Below are positions 1-9,637 of a stretch of 64,000 nucleotides of DNA, one piece after another. The notes below the pieces were generated by a model. It was not told the origin of the DNA. It searched no databases and saw only the letters and a program-made list of their open reading frames with translations. Each line of letters opens with the position of its first letter. Position 1 is the first letter of the stretch. The stretch comes from Rikenellaceae bacterium (GTDB lineage Bacteria; Bacteroidota; Bacteroidia; Bacteroidales; UBA932), in the NCBI GenBank assembly GCA_034928745.1, contig JAYFOS010000018.1, positions 2,103 through 66,102 of the forward strand. The letters run 5' to 3'. The position numbers were made by a program, and so were the translations under genes.

Positions 1-1421
1 TAATTTAAGTAGAAGTATACCTTTGGGTCGAGATAAAAAGTCGGAGTTATCAATGCCGGTTCATCTTCCATGCCGGAGTAAGCAGAAAAGGCTTTTGTGT
101 TATGAACTTTAATATCAAGCGTCGGCTCAAGGTCACTTTGCAACTTTTCCGGGAGATATACTGTAAGTCCCTCATCTATCCATCCATTCTTGGTTTCATT
201 GGTGCCAATATAAAATGGAAAATAGGCATGAGCAATCTCATGTGAATTGGCGTACACAGTCATCCCATAATCACTTTCGGCCCCAACATTTGTAATCATC
301 GGGTATTCCATTCCAAAATCTCCATTGTATACAGTAAGGAAAGGAAAAGGATATGGCAATCCTGGTGAATCTTCGGATAGCGACCTGACACTCTCTCGTG
401 CTATATCTGCAACTTTACTGAAATTTGGTGACTTTGGATTGTAGGCAACTCCCACAACGGTTCTCCGTTTACTTCTCTTGTCAACCTCTATGCTGCATAC
501 ATCCCATAGATAGTGGTCGCTTAGGCCGAAAGCAAAATCACTTACATTATCTGCCTTGAATTTCCAGATGTTTTTTCCGGTTGTAATCTCACCTTTTTCC
601 AGATCCTTATCTGTTATTATATTAGTAACTTTCTCAGATTGGATGGCTTTTTTGTATAAATCACAGTATTTAGGTTGTAATACATCTTTCATATTCCGGA
701 GTTCTCCGGTTGCCCATACCATAAACCCGTCAGGGACGGATATCTCAACTGAGAAATCTGAAAAGTCATTGTAAAACTCAGCCATGCCATTGTATGAGTG
801 TGTATTCCATCCATATACATCATCATATACCGCTATCTGAGGATACCATTGTCCTACGAAAAGGCTTGAACTGTCTATAGTTCCCATCCTTATCAAAGTA
901 TGAGCCGGAAAATCAAACTCCCACCCGATTTCTAATTCAGCTTTCCCTTTAGGAGCAATTTGCCTGTTAAGTTTAACTGTCATAATAGTTCCGCTTCTAT
1001 TAATAGAGGGATTGTTGTTAAGATTGACATTTTCTCTACCTATCCTCAAATACTTTATGCGCACACCATCATTAATGTCCAACGGATTGATATTTACTAT
1101 GGAATTTCTATTTGCACCTTTTTTGAATATGTCCTGATATAGCCTTATAACAATTTTTGAAAGAGAGTCCGGGCTGTTGTTCACATAGTTTATTCTCTCA
1201 CGGCCACTTATGATTTTATTCTTTACATCAACTTTAACCTGAATATCATATTCTGCCTTGTTCTGCCAGTACAACTTGCCGGGTTTGCCGTCTGCCTGCC
1301 TTGTAAGGTTGTTATATGACTTTGCAACAGCTTTAGGAATTACAATTTTTTCCTGAGCTATGCAGTAGGGATTTTGTGCCATAATAAGCAGTATGACAGA
1401 CAGCAATTTAATTGTTTTCAT
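1..1421 (-). CDS. M1-family zinc metallopeptidase (aminopeptidase N-like), secreted; C-terminus runs off the left window edge
   Basis: Absent from the ORF track because it has no stop in the window. My translation of the minus strand from ATG at 1419-1421 stays open to base 1 and has a signal-like N-terminus (MKTIKLLSVILLIMAQNPYCIAQEK...). HEIAH (encoded at 228-242) is followed exactly 18 residues later by E (WIDEGL), which is the HExxH-x18-E gluzincin signature of family M1. Confidence 0.7.
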   Translation of the reverse strand, partial: MKTIKLLSVILLIMAQNPYCIAQEKIVIPKAVAKSYNNLTRQADGKPGKLYWQNKAEYDIQVKVDVKNKIISGRERINYVNNSPDSLSKIVIRLYQDIFKKGANRNSIVNINPLDINDGVRIKYLRIGRENVNLNNNPSINRSGTIMTVKLNRQIAPKGKAELEIGWEFDFPAHTLIRMGTIDSSSLFVGQWYPQIAVYDDVYGWNTHSYNGMAEFYNDFSDFSVEISVPDGFMVWATGELRNMKDVLQPKYCDLYKKAIQSEKVTNIITDKDLEKGEITTGKNIWKFKADNVSDFAFGLSDHYLWDVCSIEVDKRSKRRTVVGVAYNPKSPNFSKVADIARESVRSLSEDSPGLPYPFPFLTVYNGDFGMEYPMITNVGAESDYGMTVYANSHEIAHAYFPFYIGTNETKNGWIDEGLTVYLPEKLQSDLEPTLDIKVHNTKAFSAYSGMEDEPALITPTFYLDPKVYFYLN

Positions 1422-1459
1422 ATTTTTTATTGTTATGAATTCTTTCAGTTTCAGGATGT

Positions 1460-2290
1460 TTAAAAAGTTTTGTAGGGATAATCGACCTTTGTGAGGAAAA
1501 GTGGATGTGCCGGGACGGAACTGCCGGCAAAATTACGGTTCTGTAATTTTAATATTTCACATATCCATTCAGGTTCGTGTTTCCATCTGCCGACCTCAAG
1601 CAAGGAGCCAACTATGGCACGGACCATATTTCTGAGAAATCTGTTTGATGACACGTTAAAACAGTAGGTGTCAGATTCATTGAATTTTTGACCGTGGCAG
1701 AAAGGTGTCACTCCCTGGAAAGCCGTTGGTGCAAGTGGTGTAATACCCAAAGGTGCTCCCACTTCCCAAAAAGCTTCTGTAACTGTGCATATATTTGTCT
1801 TTGTTGAGGAGTGAAGCTTTGCCATCGTTGTAAAATCTTGTTCACCAAGAAGATATTCAGCGGCTTTGTTCATCTTGTCCAAGTCCAGTTTATACGGGAA
1901 ATAATATGAATAATCTGAAAGGAAGGGGTCTTTACGGGTGTGTATAAAATAACAATAACTCCGGCTGATTGCGTCAAACCTTGCATGAGCATTCGGTGAA
2001 ACCTGACATATATTATGAATTGTAATGTCATTAGGCAGAATGGCATTTATTTTGTAAATCACTCTGTCGATATCCTCAAAAGGCAAAGGGTTGTCAGAGT
2101 CAAAATGGGCAACATAATTGACAGCATGGACTCCGGCATCTGTCCTTCCGGCACCGGTTACTTCGCATTTCTCTCCGAGCAGGACGGACAGAGCTCTCTC
2201 GACCTCTTCTTGCACAGAAAGTTGATCGGATTGTATCTGCCAACCGCAGTAGTTAGTGCCTCTGAAGGATATTGATATAAAAAAACGCAT
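1460..2290 (-). CDS. truA: tRNA pseudouridine(38-40) synthase TruA
   Basis: 276-aa ORF. N-terminus ISFRGTNYCGWQIQ and catalytic-Asp motif GAGRTDAGVHA are typical of TruA. Confidence 0.9.
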   Translation of the reverse strand: MRFFISISFRGTNYCGWQIQSDQLSVQEEVERALSVLLGEKCEVTGAGRTDAGVHAVNYVAHFDSDNPLPFEDIDRVIYKINAILPNDITIHNICQVSPNAHARFDAISRSYCYFIHTRKDPFLSDYSYYFPYKLDLDKMNKAAEYLLGEQDFTTMAKLHSSTKTNICTVTEAFWEVGAPLGITPLAPTAFQGVTPFCHGQKFNESDTYCFNVSSNRFLRNMVRAIVGSLLEVGRWKHEPEWICEILKLQNRNFAGSSVPAHPLFLTKVDYPYKTF

Positions 2291-2306
2291 TACTTAAAAT
2301 TTGGAC

Positions 2307-2314
2307 TAAATTTG
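2307..2314 (+). promoter_or_regulatory. Candidate Bacteroides-type -7 promoter box (TAAATTTG) for the moxR-bat operon
   Basis: Exact match to TAnnTTTG, 35 nt upstream of the ATG at 2349. Confidence 0.35.
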
Positions 2315-2348
2315 TAATTTATCCTACAAAAATACAAAATCAAACAAT

Positions 2349-3341
2349 ATGGAAACCGTAAACATCAAAGAACTAAACGAAAAGATTCAGAGAGAGAGTG
2401 CTTTTACAGATATGATCACTCTTGAAATGAACAAAGTAATCGTTGGGCAGAAGCAGTTGGTGGAGAGTCTTCTGATAGGCCTTCTTGCAGATGGGCACAT
2501 ACTCCTCGAGGGTGTTCCGGGTCTTGCAAAAACATTGGCCATCAATACCCTTGCTTCAACAATGGATGCTAAATTCAGCCGTATTCAGTTCACACCGGAC
2601 CTGTTACCTGCTGACCTCATCGGAACACAGATCTACAGCCAGAAAAGTGAGCAATTCCAGATTAAAAAGGGTCCTATATTTGCAAATTTTGTATTGGCAG
2701 ATGAAATAAACAGATCCCCTGCAAAGGTTCAGTCAGCTTTGCTTGAGGCGATGCAGGAGAGACAGGTGACAATAGGCGACCAGACATTCCCTTTACCTCA
2801 GCCATTTCTTGTAATGGCAACTCAGAACCCGATAGAGCAGGAGGGTACATACCCGCTTCCAGAGGCACAGGTTGACCGTTTTATGCTAAAGGTTGTTGTC
2901 TCTTACCCGAAGAAGGAGGAGGAAAAACTGATTATCCGTATGAATAATAGTGGCACATTTCCTAAGGCAAACACAATTCTAAAGCCTGAGGATATAATCA
3001 GGGCCCGTCAGATAGTGAGAGAGGTATACATGGATGAGAAGATCGAGAAGTATATTGTGGATATAGTCTATGCAACAAGGACTCCTGAAGAGTACGGCCT
3101 TAAAGAGTTGAAAGATCTTATCTCATTCGGAGGTTCACCTCGTGCAAGTATAAGTATGGCAATGGCTGCAAAAGCCTTCGCATTTATAAAGAGAAGGGGT
3201 TACGTTATTCCTGAGGACGTGAGGGCTGTCAGCTATGAGGTGCTCAGACACAGGATTGGTCTCACATACGAGGCAGAGGCAGAAAATGTAACTACTGAGA
3301 ACATTATTACCGAGATAATGAATAAAGTGGAGGTTCCATAA
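2349..3341 (+). CDS. MoxR-family AAA+ ATPase (first gene of the bat/aerotolerance operon)
   Basis: Walker A LLEGVPGLAKT and Walker B LADEINR. 330 aa. Followed by DUF58 and VWA genes, as in MoxR operons. Confidence 0.9.
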   Translation: METVNIKELNEKIQRESAFTDMITLEMNKVIVGQKQLVESLLIGLLADGHILLEGVPGLAKTLAINTLASTMDAKFSRIQFTPDLLPADLIGTQIYSQKSEQFQIKKGPIFANFVLADEINRSPAKVQSALLEAMQERQVTIGDQTFPLPQPFLVMATQNPIEQEGTYPLPEAQVDRFMLKVVVSYPKKEEEKLIIRMNNSGTFPKANTILKPEDIIRARQIVREVYMDEKIEKYIVDIVYATRTPEEYGLKELKDLISFGGSPRASISMAMAAKAFAFIKRRGYVIPEDVRAVSYEVLRHRIGLTYEAEAENVTTENIITEIMNKVEVP

Positions 3342-3342
3342 T

Positions 3343-4221
3343 ATGACCAATGAGTTATTGAAGAAAGTCAGGAAGATAGAGATCAAGACCAAAGGGTTGT
3401 CGCGTCAGATCTTTGCGGGTGAGTACCACTCTGCCTTTAAAGGAAGGGGAATGGCATTCAGCGAGGTGCGTGAGTACCAATATGGGGATGATGTGAGAAG
3501 CATGGACTGGAATGTCACTGCAAGGCTCAATGCTCCCTATATAAAGGTGTTTGAGGAGGAGAGAGAGCTGACTGTGATGTTGCTTGTCGATGTCAGTGGT
3601 TCAAGACTTTTTGGAACCACAGACAAGCTCAAAAGAGAGCTTATTACCGAGATTGCTGCAGTGCTTTCATTTTCAGCATCTGCGAACAATGACAAAGTGG
3701 GTGCACTTTTTTTCAGTGACCATGTCGAGAAGTTTATACCGCCAAAAAAGGGAAGAAGCCATTTGTTGAGAATTATTCGTGAGTTGCTTGAGTTTGAGCC
3801 GACTAATAAGGGTACAGACATTGGAGAGGCGCTGAGGTTTCTTACAAATGCAATCAAAAGAAGATGTACAGCTTTTTTACTCTCGGATCTTATTGATCTG
3901 GACGTAGATATTAAACCAAGATATGAGGAAGCATTGAAAATCGCAGTCAACAGACATGATATATCTGTTGTGTCGGTTTATGACCCTAGGGAGAGAGAGT
4001 TGCCTGATGTCGGCTTTATTAGGATCAACGATGCCGAGACCGGAAAAGAGGAGTGGGTTGATACATCCAGCAAAAATGTGCGTCAATATTTCATTGATTG
4101 GAACAATAAGGTACAGGCAATTACTCAGCAATGTCTAAGGAAATATAAAGTGGATTCTGTAAGTATAGCAACTAACGGGGATTATGTAAAGGGACTCATT
4201 GCCCTCTTTAACAAGAGATAA
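3343..4221 (+). CDS. DUF58 domain protein (MoxR-associated)
   Basis: REYQYGDDVRSMDWNVTAR motif typical of DUF58. Starts 1 nt after the moxR stop. Confidence 0.85.
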   Translation: MTNELLKKVRKIEIKTKGLSRQIFAGEYHSAFKGRGMAFSEVREYQYGDDVRSMDWNVTARLNAPYIKVFEEERELTVMLLVDVSGSRLFGTTDKLKRELITEIAAVLSFSASANNDKVGALFFSDHVEKFIPPKKGRSHLLRIIRELLEFEPTNKGTDIGEALRFLTNAIKRRCTAFLLSDLIDLDVDIKPRYEEALKIAVNRHDISVVSVYDPRERELPDVGFIRINDAETGKEEWVDTSSKNVRQYFIDWNNKVQAITQQCLRKYKVDSVSIATNGDYVKGLIALFNKR

Positions 4222-4226
4222 ATCAT

Positions 4227-5093
4227 ATGGACCAGAAAGATACACTTCTTATAGGAGATCAGACAGTACTTCATTTCAAGACTACCGTACCAAAAGGTAC
4301 AAAGTTCGTTTTTCCTGCTCCGGAAAATCCTGTGACTCAAGGGGTGGAGATAGTAGGACAGCCCCAGACGGATACCATATCAGACAAAGGTGGTAATCTG
4401 GAACTGGATACAAGGGTAACATTGACTTCATTTGACAGCGGCTCGTATGTCATACCACCCTTTCCAGCATACCTTAACAGAGCTGACGGTTCAATAGATA
4501 CAGTGTGGTATGATGCTGGAAAACTTGAGGTTACAACTATACAAATTGATACAACCACATATAAACCTTTTGATATAAAAGGACAGCAAACCTACAAATA
4601 TACTGTGAAAGAATTTATTCCGTGGTTTGGTATCCTTTTAGCCATAAGTGCGTTGTGTTATGTTTTATATAAGTTCATTAAGAACAGAAGACGGATGCGG
4701 TCTATGTTTACAAGGCAGGAGCCTGATGATCCGCCTCATATTCTGGCGTTAAGAGACCTTGAAAGGATACGTGCGGAAAAATTATGGCAGAATAATCAGG
4801 AAAAAAGATATTATACCGAGATTTTTGACACTATCCGTCTTTATTTGGAAAGAAGATATGGAATACAAACAATGGAGAAAACTTCTACTGAAATACTTGA
4901 CATGATTTCTGAATTCAAGATAGAACCAAAAGAGTACAAGGAGCTTGAAGCCCTGTTTACTCTTTCTGATCTTGTTAAATTTGCCAAGTATAAAGCAACA
5001 CAAATGGAAAATGAGGAGGCTGTCCCGACAGCTGTCAGATTTGTTAATGCGACATTCTTACAAGATATGGAAGATGAAAAAGGGAGGGATTAG
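4227..5093 (+). CDS. Single-pass membrane protein of the bat operon (DUF4381-like position)
   Basis: One central TM helix (WFGILLAISALCYVLYKFI). Occupies the slot between the DUF58 gene and batA seen in Bacteroides bat operons. No catalytic motif recognised. Confidence 0.55.
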   Translation: MDQKDTLLIGDQTVLHFKTTVPKGTKFVFPAPENPVTQGVEIVGQPQTDTISDKGGNLELDTRVTLTSFDSGSYVIPPFPAYLNRADGSIDTVWYDAGKLEVTTIQIDTTTYKPFDIKGQQTYKYTVKEFIPWFGILLAISALCYVLYKFIKNRRRMRSMFTRQEPDDPPHILALRDLERIRAEKLWQNNQEKRYYTEIFDTIRLYLERRYGIQTMEKTSTEILDMISEFKIEPKEYKELEALFTLSDLVKFAKYKATQMENEEAVPTAVRFVNATFLQDMEDEKGRD

Positions 5094-5095
5094 TT

Positions 5096-6082
5096 ATGTT
5101 TTTTGAATATCCTGGATTACTATATCTTGAGTTGATACTCATACCGCTTATAGCTCTATATATATGGAGGGAGATAAGAGGAGCATCGCCTTCATTGAGG
5201 GTGGCATCAACCGCCCCTTGGATGGGTAATGGCGGCAAGATGAAAAAAATTATGAGACATCTCCCGTTTGTGGCAAGATGTATTGCAATATCAATGATTA
5301 TTGTTGCCATTGCCAGACCGAGATCGTCAACGAACTTTGAAAAAGTGGATACAGAAGGAATTGACATTGTGCTTGCTTTGGATATTTCCACTAGTATGTT
5401 GGCCAGGGATTTTAATCCTGATCGTATAAGTGCTGCCAAGGATATCGCAATAGAGTTCATTGCACAGAGGCCAAGTGACAGGATGGGTATTGTGGTGTTT
5501 GCCGGGGAGAGCTTTACTCAGTGTCCGATTACTTCTGACAGGGCTACACTTATAAATATGATGAAAGAGGTTGAGACCGGATTGATAGAAGATGGAACAG
5601 CGCTTGGTAATGGTCTTGCCACAGCTGTTGCAAGATTAAAGGACTCAAAAGCAAAGAGCCGTGTTATAATCCTATTGACAGATGGTGTAAACAACAGAGG
5701 GGAGATCTCTCCACTTATGGCGGTTGAGATAGCGAAAACTTACGGTATAAGGGTTTATACAATAGGCGTTGGTGCTATGGGAATGGCTCCGTATCCTGTA
5801 CTTACCCCTTTCGGAATAGATATACAGCAGGTCAAGGTAGAGATTGATGAGCCTTTACTTAAACAAATCGCAGATGAGACAGGCGGCAAGTATTTCCGTG
5901 CAACTGACAACACAAAACTTCTTGAGATATACGGAGAGATAAATAAGATGGAAAAGAACAAGACAGCGGTTGACTCATTCCCTGTATATCAAGAGAAATT
6001 TATGATATTTGCATGGATAGCCCTGATTGCCGTTGCTTTTGAAATACTCACAAGACTTTTCATAACAAGAAGAATAGCGTAG
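5096..6082 (+). CDS. batA: BatA, von Willebrand factor A domain membrane protein
   Basis: N-terminal TM segments, MIDAS motif LALDISTSM (DxSxS) and a C-terminal TM. Operon context supports the call. Confidence 0.85.
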   Translation: MFFEYPGLLYLELILIPLIALYIWREIRGASPSLRVASTAPWMGNGGKMKKIMRHLPFVARCIAISMIIVAIARPRSSTNFEKVDTEGIDIVLALDISTSMLARDFNPDRISAAKDIAIEFIAQRPSDRMGIVVFAGESFTQCPITSDRATLINMMKEVETGLIEDGTALGNGLATAVARLKDSKAKSRVIILLTDGVNNRGEISPLMAVEIAKTYGIRVYTIGVGAMGMAPYPVLTPFGIDIQQVKVEIDEPLLKQIADETGGKYFRATDNTKLLEIYGEINKMEKNKTAVDSFPVYQEKFMIFAWIALIAVAFEILTRLFITRRIA

Positions 6083-6086
6083 GATT

Positions 6087-7088
6087 ATGTTACAATTTGC
6101 ACAACCGCAGTTTTTACTGCTCATTCTAACAATTCCTCTCCTTTTCATAGCATACGCTATTATGAGAAGAAGCAGGAGAAAGAGAATAGAACTTTTCGGA
6201 AACCCCGGAATCGTGAACACTCTTATTCCAAGAGCATCCAGAAGCAGGGGGTGGATAAAACTTTCAATATACTCTCTTGCAATTTTCTTCTTTTCCCTGG
6301 GTCTTGCAAGGCCTCAATTAGGGGCAAAAATAAAAGAGATTGACACCAAAGGAGTTGAGATTATGATTGCTCTGGATGTTTCAAACTCAATGCTTGCAGA
6401 GGATTATACTCCTAACAGGCTGGAAAGGGCCAAGCTTGCAATATCCCGTTTGGTTGACAAGATGAAGGAAGACAGGATTGGACTTATAGTTTTTGCCGGT
6501 CAGGCATTTGTCCAACTTCCTATAACAACAGATTATGTCTCTGCCAAGATATTCCTTAATAACATAACAACCAATTCTGTACCAGTTCAAGGAACTGCAT
6601 TGGCAGATGCAATAAATACATCTGTCAAGAGTTTCAGCCAGGAGAGTAAAAACAGTCGGGCAATCATCTTGATAACAGATGGAGAAAACCATGAGGATAA
6701 TCCTATCGAGGCAGCGTCAACAGCTAAAGAACTCGGTATACAGGTTTATACATTGGGAATCGGTTCATCAGAAGGTAAACCTATTCCTTTACCAGAGGGG
6801 GATTTTTTAAAGGACAAGGATGGCAATATGGTAGTTACAAAACTTGATGAGAACACACTAGCGGAAGTTGCTAAAGCAGGAGACGGAATGTTTGTTAAGG
6901 CCGGGAACAGTGATTTTGGCCTCGATGCACTTGTTGAGAAGATACACAATATGGATAAACAGAGTTATAAATCTGTCGTGTTTGAGGATTTTGACGAGCA
7001 ATACATGTATTTCTTTGCTATCGCACTTATTTTCCTACTGATAGATTTTATGATTGTAGACAGAAAAGGAAAGAATTTTTTTAAATAG
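6087..7088 (+). CDS. batB: BatB, von Willebrand factor A domain membrane protein
   Basis: MIDAS motif IALDVSNSM, flanking TM helices, paralogous to the preceding gene. Confidence 0.85.
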   Translation: MLQFAQPQFLLLILTIPLLFIAYAIMRRSRRKRIELFGNPGIVNTLIPRASRSRGWIKLSIYSLAIFFFSLGLARPQLGAKIKEIDTKGVEIMIALDVSNSMLAEDYTPNRLERAKLAISRLVDKMKEDRIGLIVFAGQAFVQLPITTDYVSAKIFLNNITTNSVPVQGTALADAINTSVKSFSQESKNSRAIILITDGENHEDNPIEAASTAKELGIQVYTLGIGSSEGKPIPLPEGDFLKDKDGNMVVTKLDENTLAEVAKAGDGMFVKAGNSDFGLDALVEKIHNMDKQSYKSVVFEDFDEQYMYFFAIALIFLLIDFMIVDRKGKNFFK

Positions 7089-7094
7089 AGAGAT

Positions 7095-7802
7095 ATGAGA
7101 GGAATATATCTAACAATACTTTTTCTTTTTTTATTCTCCTCATCATGGGGACAGAGTGAGAGATGGCAGATCAGGAAAGGTAACAGCTCATATGAAAAGG
7201 GCAAGTATCAGGAAGCTGAACTGGATTATAGAAGGGCTCTTGAGAAAAATCCAAAGTCACTCAAAGCTGCCTATAATCTGGGTAATACCATGTATAAACT
7301 TAACAATCCGGCAGAAGCGGAGAAGGTAATGTCACAAGTGGCAGATTCAACAAAGGAAAAAGAATTAAGGTCTGCATCTTTTCATAATTTGGGAAATTTC
7401 AACCTGGCGCAAAAAAAATATAAAGAGGCAATTGAAGCCTACAAGAATTCTTTGAGGGTTAATCCGGAAGATGTAGAGACTAAGTCTAACCTGGCTTATG
7501 CTCAGAAGCTGCTGAAAAATCAGGATAAAAACAAAGACCAGAACAAAGACCAGAACAAAGACCAGAACAAAGACCAGAATAAAGACCAGAATAAGGACCA
7601 GAATAAGGACCAGAACAAGGACCAGAACAAGGACCAGAACAAGGACCAGAACAAAGATCAAAAGCAACAACCTCAGATTTCTCCACAAGCTGCAGATCAA
7701 ATGTTGCAGGCTATCCAGAACAAAGAAAATGAGACTCAGGACAAGGTGAGGAAGGAGAAGGCAAAGGCTCTTGAGGGCAGACAAAAAGAGAAGAATTGGT
7801 AA
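7095..7802 (+). CDS. batC: BatC, secreted TPR-repeat protein with an internal (KDQN)n tract
   Basis: Signal peptide, TPR-like repeats (YEKGKYQEAELDYRRALEKNP, AQKKYKEAIEAYKNSLRVNP). Sits after batB. Confidence 0.8.
   Translation: MRGIYLTILFLFLFSSSWGQSERWQIRKGNSSYEKGKYQEAELDYRRALEKNPKSLKAAYNLGNTMYKLNNPAEAEKVMSQVADSTKEKELRSASFHNLGNFNLAQKKYKEAIEAYKNSLRVNPEDVETKSNLAYAQKLLKNQDKNKDQNKDQNKDQNKDQNKDQNKDQNKDQNKDQNKDQNKDQNKDQKQQPQISPQAADQMLQAIQNKENETQDKVRKEKAKALEGRQKEKNW
7521..7664 (+). repeat. 12-bp in-frame tandem repeat (AARGACCAGAAY) inside batC: 10 full copies (7533..7652) plus degenerate flanking units
   Basis: Counted directly. Copies 1-3 are AAAGACCAGAAC, copies 4-5 AAAGACCAGAAT, copy 6 AAGGACCAGAAT and copies 7-10 AAGGACCAGAAC. 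All differences are synonymous, so the tract encodes a perfect (KDQN)10. Confidence 0.95.
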
Positions 7803-7814
7803 AGAATCATATAT

Positions 7815-9635
7815 ATGAATATCAACTGCATAAAAAAGTTAATACTATTATCGGGAGCCTTGCTGGTTTCAATTGCGATTTCAGCCCAGGCTGCATTTAC
7901 AGTGGATGTTCCGAGAGTTGTCGGATTGGATGAAAATTTTAGGTTAATCTTTACTGCCGAAGGGGAGCCTTCTAGCTTTGACCCTCCTCAGCTAAAAGAT
8001 TTCGATGTGCTTGCAGGTCCATCAACATCTACAATGACAAGTACTCAGATAATAAACGGAAAAAGAACAGACAGCTATCAGGTAAGTTACACCTACATAC
8101 TGCAGGCCAAGAGTATCGGAACTTTCTCAATACCATCTGCCTCAGCTGTCATTAAGGGAAAAACCTATCACACAAACCCTGTATCTGTTGAGGTTGTCAA
8201 GGGAGAGTCCGGTAATTCGGGCAATGTGTCCGGAAACACTTCTCAAAAAAGCAGTGGAACAATCTCTTCTGATGATATTTTCATGAGGATGTCGGTAAGC
8301 AAGGGAAAGGTGGTAAAAGGGGAGAGCCTCCTTGCCACATTGAAGTTATATACAAAAGTCCCGATAGGGGGGTTTGAGAATGTAAAATTCCCTACCTTCA
8401 ACGGATTCTGGAGTCAAGAGATTGACACCCCGTCAAATATAGAGTTTACCAGAGAGACTGTAAATGGTAAAATATACAATGCTGCGGTTCTGAGAAGGTA
8501 TATGCTGATACCTCAACAAACAGGCAACCTGGTAATAGACCCTTCTGAAATGACATGTCTGGTTCAGGTTAGGGCTTCGTCCGGTGGGGCGAGATCAATG
8601 TTTGATGATTTTTTTGATAGTTACCAGACAGTTAAGAAGAGGATTACTGCTCCCTCTTTACGTGTGAATGTTTCGCCACTTCCATCAGGTGCTCCTGCCT
8701 CTTTTGCCGGTGGAGTGGGAGAATTTCAATTGTCAGCAAAACTGACAAAGGATACAATAAACGCAAATGAGGCTGTTTCCCTTAAGGTCTCTATTTCAGG
8801 ATCAGGGAATCTTAATCTTGTAGAGGCCCCAAAAATCACTTTCCCTGCCGATTTTGAAGTATATGACACGAAGATTGCAGACAATACAAGCAAATCCGGA
8901 AAAGGAACATCCGGGACAAAGGAGTTTGAGTATCCACTTATCCCAAGAGGGGCAGGAGTGTTCGAATTAGGACCAGTTGAATTCAGTTATTATGATATTG
9001 GTGCCAAAAAGTACAAGACACTTACCTCCGGGAAACTTACACTAAGAGTCGGACAAGCTCTTGAGGGATCGGAAAACTCCTCGGCATCGCTACCAATGGG
9101 TGTTAACAAACAGTCTGTCAAAAGTATCGGAAACGATGTGCGATACATACGCTCAGGGTTATCCGGTCTTGTAAGGGGAAATAATTTCTTTTTCGGTTCA
9201 GTTACATATTTTGCACTTGTAGTATTGATAATCGCATCATTCTTCTTAATGGACAAATTCCTCTCAAAGAGAATAGAGAGAAACAGGGACATTGCAGGTG
9301 TCAAGAACAGGAGAGCGAATAAGGTTGCCAGGGCAAGACTAAAAAACGCAGAGTCGCTAATGAAACAAAATACGTACAGTGCTTTCTTCGAAGAGTTGCA
9401 CAGGGCAATACTCGGCTATTGCTCGGATAAACTCAATCTCTCTCTGGCAGATCTCTCCAGAGAGAAGATAGCATCCTCACTTGAAGAGAAGAGCGTTTCA
9501 AAAGAGCATTTGGAGGAGCTTCTGGCTTTAATTGAGGTTTGTGAATATGCAAGATATGCACCTGATCAGGACAAACCTGAGATGGGGCAGAATTATCAGC
9601 GAGCTATCAAATTAATTTCAGATCTGGAGGTATAG
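7815..9635 (+). CDS. batD: BatD-family (oxygen tolerance) protein
   Basis: 606 aa with a signal peptide, a large periplasmic portion, a late TM helix (FFFGSVTYFALVVLIIASFFL) and a cytoplasmic tail. Operon position after batC. Confidence 0.8.
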   Translation: MNINCIKKLILLSGALLVSIAISAQAAFTVDVPRVVGLDENFRLIFTAEGEPSSFDPPQLKDFDVLAGPSTSTMTSTQIINGKRTDSYQVSYTYILQAKSIGTFSIPSASAVIKGKTYHTNPVSVEVVKGESGNSGNVSGNTSQKSSGTISSDDIFMRMSVSKGKVVKGESLLATLKLYTKVPIGGFENVKFPTFNGFWSQEIDTPSNIEFTRETVNGKIYNAAVLRRYMLIPQQTGNLVIDPSEMTCLVQVRASSGGARSMFDDFFDSYQTVKKRITAPSLRVNVSPLPSGAPASFAGGVGEFQLSAKLTKDTINANEAVSLKVSISGSGNLNLVEAPKITFPADFEVYDTKIADNTSKSGKGTSGTKEFEYPLIPRGAGVFELGPVEFSYYDIGAKKYKTLTSGKLTLRVGQALEGSENSSASLPMGVNKQSVKSIGNDVRYIRSGLSGLVRGNNFFFGSVTYFALVVLIIASFFLMDKFLSKRIERNRDIAGVKNRRANKVARARLKNAESLMKQNTYSAFFEELHRAILGYCSDKLNLSLADLSREKIASSLEEKSVSKEHLEELLALIEVCEYARYAPDQDKPEMGQNYQRAIKLISDLEV

Positions 9636-9637
9636 TT

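Noticed and set aside
556-1142. Plus-strand ORFs 556..774 and 960..1142 from the track
   Set aside because: They are antisense to the continuous minus-strand M1 peptidase frame, which carries the HExxH-x18-E motif.
7521-7664. Tandem repeat considered as a possible CRISPR-like or phase-variation element
   Set aside because: The units are contiguous with no spacers, so this is not CRISPR. The unit length is a multiple of 3, so slippage changes protein length but cannot switch the frame on or off.
7365-7784. Minus-strand ORFs 7365..7784 (139 aa, poly-LVLV) and 7486..7686 (66 aa, CSGP repeats) opposite batC
   Set aside because: Both are reading-frame echoes of the 12-bp tandem repeat. They have no start context or signal, and they lie antisense inside a well-supported operon gene.
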